Part shown: positions 58,106-60,742 of the stretch, piece after piece | How positions within the stretch are numbered: position 1 is the stretch's first letter | Layout: each line of letters begins with the position of its first letter | Virus record (IMG/VR): IMGVR_UViG_3300037420_000416 | DNA: 60,742 nucleotides | Source of the DNA: a virus | Strand: one strand, 5' to 3' | Program-made: the position numbers and the translations under genes | Notes under the pieces: model-generated | Told to the model about the DNA's origin: nothing | Seen by the model: the letters and a program-made list of their open reading frames with translations, nothing else | The model's database searches: none

Positions 58106-60023
58106 CGCCGCCTTCCTGGGTGTTAGCTGATCCAGTCTGGAGAGCCGGCGCTTTGCCGCTCCACTTGGCATCAGGGCTGGGACGCTTGAAGCTGCCGCAC
58201 CACCCGTGCTGCTTGCCGCACTCGCAGAACGGCTGGCGGTCAGACAGCGTAGCCGGGTCGAGCGAGTAGCGGCCACAATACGAGCACCGCGCAATCGCGC
58301 CTTCGTCGTGGCGATGAGTCGCTGGGATTCCGTTCAACGGCTCGTGCGCGCTGCGCACTTCCTCGGCCTCCTCCTGATTGCGGATTGCCTCGGCGTTCTG
58401 TGCGACGGCCGACTTTGCGCATACGCGAATGTAGTCGGGGTCTTTGAGCATTTCGGCAACCCAGCCTTGCAAGCTTTCCTCGCTCACAATGTCGCCTTCG
58501 TGATGGTCGATCATGAAGCCTGGGAACAGATCCCAGCGAACGCCATCGATCGGCTGGGCGTTCTGTGCGCCGGCAGGAGCTGCCGGAGCGGCGAGGTAGA
58601 GTTTGTCGCCACATTTGAGCGGCGATCCATCAGGCCCGTAGATGATGTCGATGAACAGACCGTCATCGCCTTCGTCCACAACAGCCACCGGCTCGGCCTG
58701 CGCCTGTCTTGCCAGATGGGCGCGAAGCTCGGTAATTTCGGCTTCAGCGGCATCAAGTGCAATCGTCGCGCGGTCGCCGCGATCCATCCAGTAATGCACT
58801 TGATTTACGAGCTGTGCACATCGCGCATCAGCATCACCGGGAGCGTCCGGATGGATAGGCTTCCCGGTAAGCATGTTGAAGCCAATGGCGGCATCCTCAT
58901 GACCTGCTTTGTACATGTCACGCCACTGTTCGTCGTACTGGTCCTGCGTCCACATATGCTGGCCAGTTACGCGGTCGTGCCATACGCCGTGATCCATAAA
59001 GAATCGCTGATCGGCGGCCTGTGCGACGACTTTAAGGGCGATGGACTCCGGGAAATGCTCGGAACGCACGAAGCGCAATTGCTGTTCTAGGGCGTCGAGT
59101 CCAGCGACGTTCTCAAAGCGCAGGCGAACTGCCATTGCCTCGGGCTGGACCATCGCATCAGGCGCATTGTCGCGGGTGTCGCCAACAGTGCGGCCGGCCT
59201 TTTCTTCGTCGGTGGCGACACTGATAACCAGTTCGGCGAGCTCGCCCTTCGCGCTATGATTAATGACGTATGCGCCGATGCCAAGATGCGCATAGCCTCG
59301 GAAGTGCGGGGCAACCACAAACCCATCCGTCACATGCGGCTGCTCTGCTTTCGGCTGGCGTGCCAGATAGGCGGCAATAGCAGCGCGGGCGACGTCGTTG
59401 GCGAACGCACGGTAGTCCTCGATACCGCCCAGGCCCGCATACCTGCGTGCTACGTCGTCGATCGCCTCATCCGTCAGATCGCCGGTCGGCTGCGGTACTG
59501 CGTAGTTGATGGAGGTCAGTTCAGCCAGAAGCTTGATAGCGGCGTCGTGGCGGGTAGCCATGTCGCGGCTTCCGTTTACCATCGTGACGTTGATCTCGTC
59601 GCAGTTCACACCATCGGCGTTCAGTCGATAGATCAGCGATTGGTCGACCATCCAGCCGTCGCGATCTACCGGCTTTGCAGCAGGAGCGGCGAGAAGACGC
59701 TCGACGTCGGCAAAGCGGATGTATTCGCCGTCGCTTGACTCCTCCATGAAGTAGCTGTATTCGCCGTCGCCCAAGTAGTCCTTGGTGAAGTCAAAGCGCG
59801 CCAGTCCTTCAAGGCCCTTGCCGCCATCCTCGCCCATCATCTTGCCGGCCATCGACAGAATGCCTTTCAGCGTACCGGCGACAGCGTATTTCTGAGGCGA
59901 CGCTCCCGGGATCATTGCAACAGCAGTGCTGACGAGGGGCTGATAGGCAAGCAGTTTCGCGCCTGCTTCTGCAAACGCGTTCGCAAGGGCGGTGCGGTTC
60001 TCGGTGAATTCTCGGTTGCTCAT
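58098..60023 (-). CDS. Orphan early protein (641 aa) with C-terminal Cys cluster
   Basis: Track ORF, coupled to ninB upstream and the methylase gene downstream. C-terminus CSYCGRYS...CECGKQHGWCG. Confidence 0.7.
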   Translation of the reverse strand: MSNREFTENRTALANAFAEAGAKLLAYQPLVSTAVAMIPGASPQKYAVAGTLKGILSMAGKMMGEDGGKGLEGLARFDFTKDYLGDGEYSYFMEESSDGEYIRFADVERLLAAPAAKPVDRDGWMVDQSLIYRLNADGVNCDEINVTMVNGSRDMATRHDAAIKLLAELTSINYAVPQPTGDLTDEAIDDVARRYAGLGGIEDYRAFANDVARAAIAAYLARQPKAEQPHVTDGFVVAPHFRGYAHLGIGAYVINHSAKGELAELVISVATDEEKAGRTVGDTRDNAPDAMVQPEAMAVRLRFENVAGLDALEQQLRFVRSEHFPESIALKVVAQAADQRFFMDHGVWHDRVTGQHMWTQDQYDEQWRDMYKAGHEDAAIGFNMLTGKPIHPDAPGDADARCAQLVNQVHYWMDRGDRATIALDAAEAEITELRAHLARQAQAEPVAVVDEGDDGLFIDIIYGPDGSPLKCGDKLYLAAPAAPAGAQNAQPIDGVRWDLFPGFMIDHHEGDIVSEESLQGWVAEMLKDPDYIRVCAKSAVAQNAEAIRNQEEAEEVRSAHEPLNGIPATHRHDEGAIARCSYCGRYSLDPATLSDRQPFCECGKQHGWCGSFKRPSPDAKWSGKAPALQTGSANTQEGGDE

Positions 60024-60412
60024 GCTGTCTCTTTCTCGCTTTGGTTGAACTGCACGTTTTGCTGTGCGCCGAATGCCTGGATCAGTTCCAGCAGGTCTGA
60101 CATCTCGCGCTTGGTCATGCTGCTGGTGGACTGGCCAAGGACAACAAAACCGCCATCAAGGCCCGGAACCACGTCTTGCTTTTTCAGCGATGACGAGAAG
60201 ATGTGCTTCCACGACTCCGGGCTCAGGCGCCGGCCGTGCCATACAACTTGGTCGCTTACGTCGGTCAACATGGCCCACATGGCGGCGTTCTGCTCAAGGT
60301 TACGGGTCGGCTCGGACACGGTGACGCAGTAGCCGACCGGCGCTTCCTCAACGAATCGCAGCGCGTTACGCCGAGCCTGATCGTGAGCCAAAATGAACGT
60401 ACGCTTAGCCAT
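60020..60412 (-). CDS. ninB: NinB/Orf-family recombination mediator (130 aa)
   Basis: Track ORF 60020..60688 with ATG 60412. LEQNAAMWAMLTDVSDQVVWHGRRLSPESWKHIFSSSLKKQDVVPGLDGGFVVLGQSTSSMTKREMSDLLELIQAFG closely parallels lambda NinB (LDQNRKLWACLGDVSRQVEWHGRWLDAESWKCVFTAALKQQDVVPNL...VVIGQSTSRMRVGEFAELLELIQAFG). Confidence 0.85.
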   Translation of the reverse strand: MAKRTFILAHDQARRNALRFVEEAPVGYCVTVSEPTRNLEQNAAMWAMLTDVSDQVVWHGRRLSPESWKHIFSSSLKKQDVVPGLDGGFVVLGQSTSSMTKREMSDLLELIQAFGAQQNVQFNQSEKETA

Positions 60413-60636
60413 CACGCCATCACTTCCCGGCGCAGCGCAGCGAAGTCCAGGCCCTGCAGCCTGTCGATCATTTCGTTGTGCGTCAGGTCGAACACTTCGA
60501 CCAGTGCGTCGACGATCTCGATGTCGGTCGGCTCGTCGCTGAAGACGTCGGCCGCGTCGACCAGGTGTGGATACTCGGTAGCGCCGGCGTCGTGGAGGAA
60601 TTGGGCTACCAGTTTGTTGGCGTGTGCGAGGGTCAT
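60412..60636 (-). CDS. Acidic hypothetical protein (74 aa)
   Basis: Track ORF. Its ATG overlaps the exonuclease stop (ATGA). Confidence 0.55.
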   Translation of the reverse strand: MTLAHANKLVAQFLHDAGATEYPHLVDAADVFSDEPTDIEIVDALVEVFDLTHNEMIDRLQGLDFAALRREVMA

Positions 60637-60742
60637 GCTGCCACCTCATTGGCTTGGACTGCGTTGATGTGACGGACCAGGGCGGCACAGATTGCCGGGA
60701 AATCCGACTCGTGATACAGCTTGGCCGACTTGTCGGTGGCCG
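60633..60742 (-). CDS. 3' end of the YqaJ-like exonuclease gene (the same ORF as 1..1760, via the circular junction)
   Basis: Stop TGA at 60633-60635. 60652-60742 duplicates 1-91. The frame is continuous (1779 nt in total). Confidence 0.8.
   Translation of the reverse strand, partial: ATDKSAKLYHESDFPAICAALVRHINAVQANEVAA
60652..60742. repeat. Terminal direct repeat, copy 2 (identical to 1-91)
   Basis: Same reading as for copy 1. Confidence 0.95.

Noticed and set aside
1-60742. Searched by eye for CRISPR arrays, a reverse transcriptase (retron or DGR), transposases or IS elements, an invertase with invertible segments, and rRNA
   Set aside because: I saw no regularly spaced repeats, no RT/YxDD, DDE or serine-recombinase motifs in any credible ORF, and no rRNA-like sequence. 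The only repeats are those listed (terminal 91 nt, operators, iterons, 13-bp and 17-bp pairs, 10-bp tandem). A by-eye scan can miss diverged or short elements.

Overview
The window is one complete, circularly closed genome of about 60.65 kb from a temperate lambdoid siphovirus. The host looks like a high-GC proteobacterium, possibly Burkholderia- or Ralstonia-like; that is inference from base composition and the CTGT-N8-ACAG SOS boxes only. Nt 1-91 are repeated exactly at 60652-60742, so the unit length is 60,651 bp, and the recombination exonuclease gene is cut by the window edge.

Layout:
- Leftward early operon. It starts at PL/OL (about 5954-5990) and runs on the minus strand through a chain of small coupled ORFs, a 425-bp non-coding gap with a structured element, recT and a YqaJ-like exonuclease. 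It then crosses the origin into ninB, a 641-aa orphan, a C5-methyltransferase, several more orphans, an Ea22-like gene, lar, xis and int, ending at attP (about 52319-52549).
- Accessory island (6076-7601). This AT-rich island lies between PL and the repressor gene, in the position of lambda rexAB.
- Immunity switch (7598-8264). It comprises a cI-like and a cro-like gene with three GTTGAAT-based operators.
- Rightward early operon (8367-19868). It carries a YbcO-like gene, an O-like initiator with an internal iteron/AT-rich origin, a DPPY methyltransferase, dnaB, an acyl carrier protein homologue, a second C5-methyltransferase, a VRR-NUC gene, a Q-like gene and an HNH gene.
- Late region (19886 onwards). 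It begins with a PR'-like promoter and a short-transcript terminator. It then carries a lambda-type phosphatase, a reverse-oriented small-gene/HTH cassette, terS/terL, portal, scaffold and P22-like coat genes. Next come head-tail genes interrupted by an HNH cassette, the tail tube gene and a chaperone with a -1 frameshift. A reverse-oriented membrane Mrr-like nuclease gene follows, then the tape measure, tail tip/spike/fibre genes and a lysis cassette. Two accessory genes lie before attP.

No rRNA, tRNA, CRISPR array, reverse transcriptase or transposase was seen. All functional names come from motifs I read in the translations plus synteny; no database search was run.

Most interesting observations:
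- A same-strand, fully overlapping ORF pair at the second C5-methyltransferase.
- A self-promoted 2TM-Mrr nuclease gene wedged between the tail chaperone and tape measure genes.
- An SOS-box-controlled module in the rex position, plus an SOS-box-controlled 96-aa gene next to attP in a phage whose repressor lacks a cleavage domain.
- An acr/aca-like or TA-like cassette upstream of terS.
- A phage acyl carrier protein.
- A 156-nt multi-hairpin or MITE-like element in the early-left operon.
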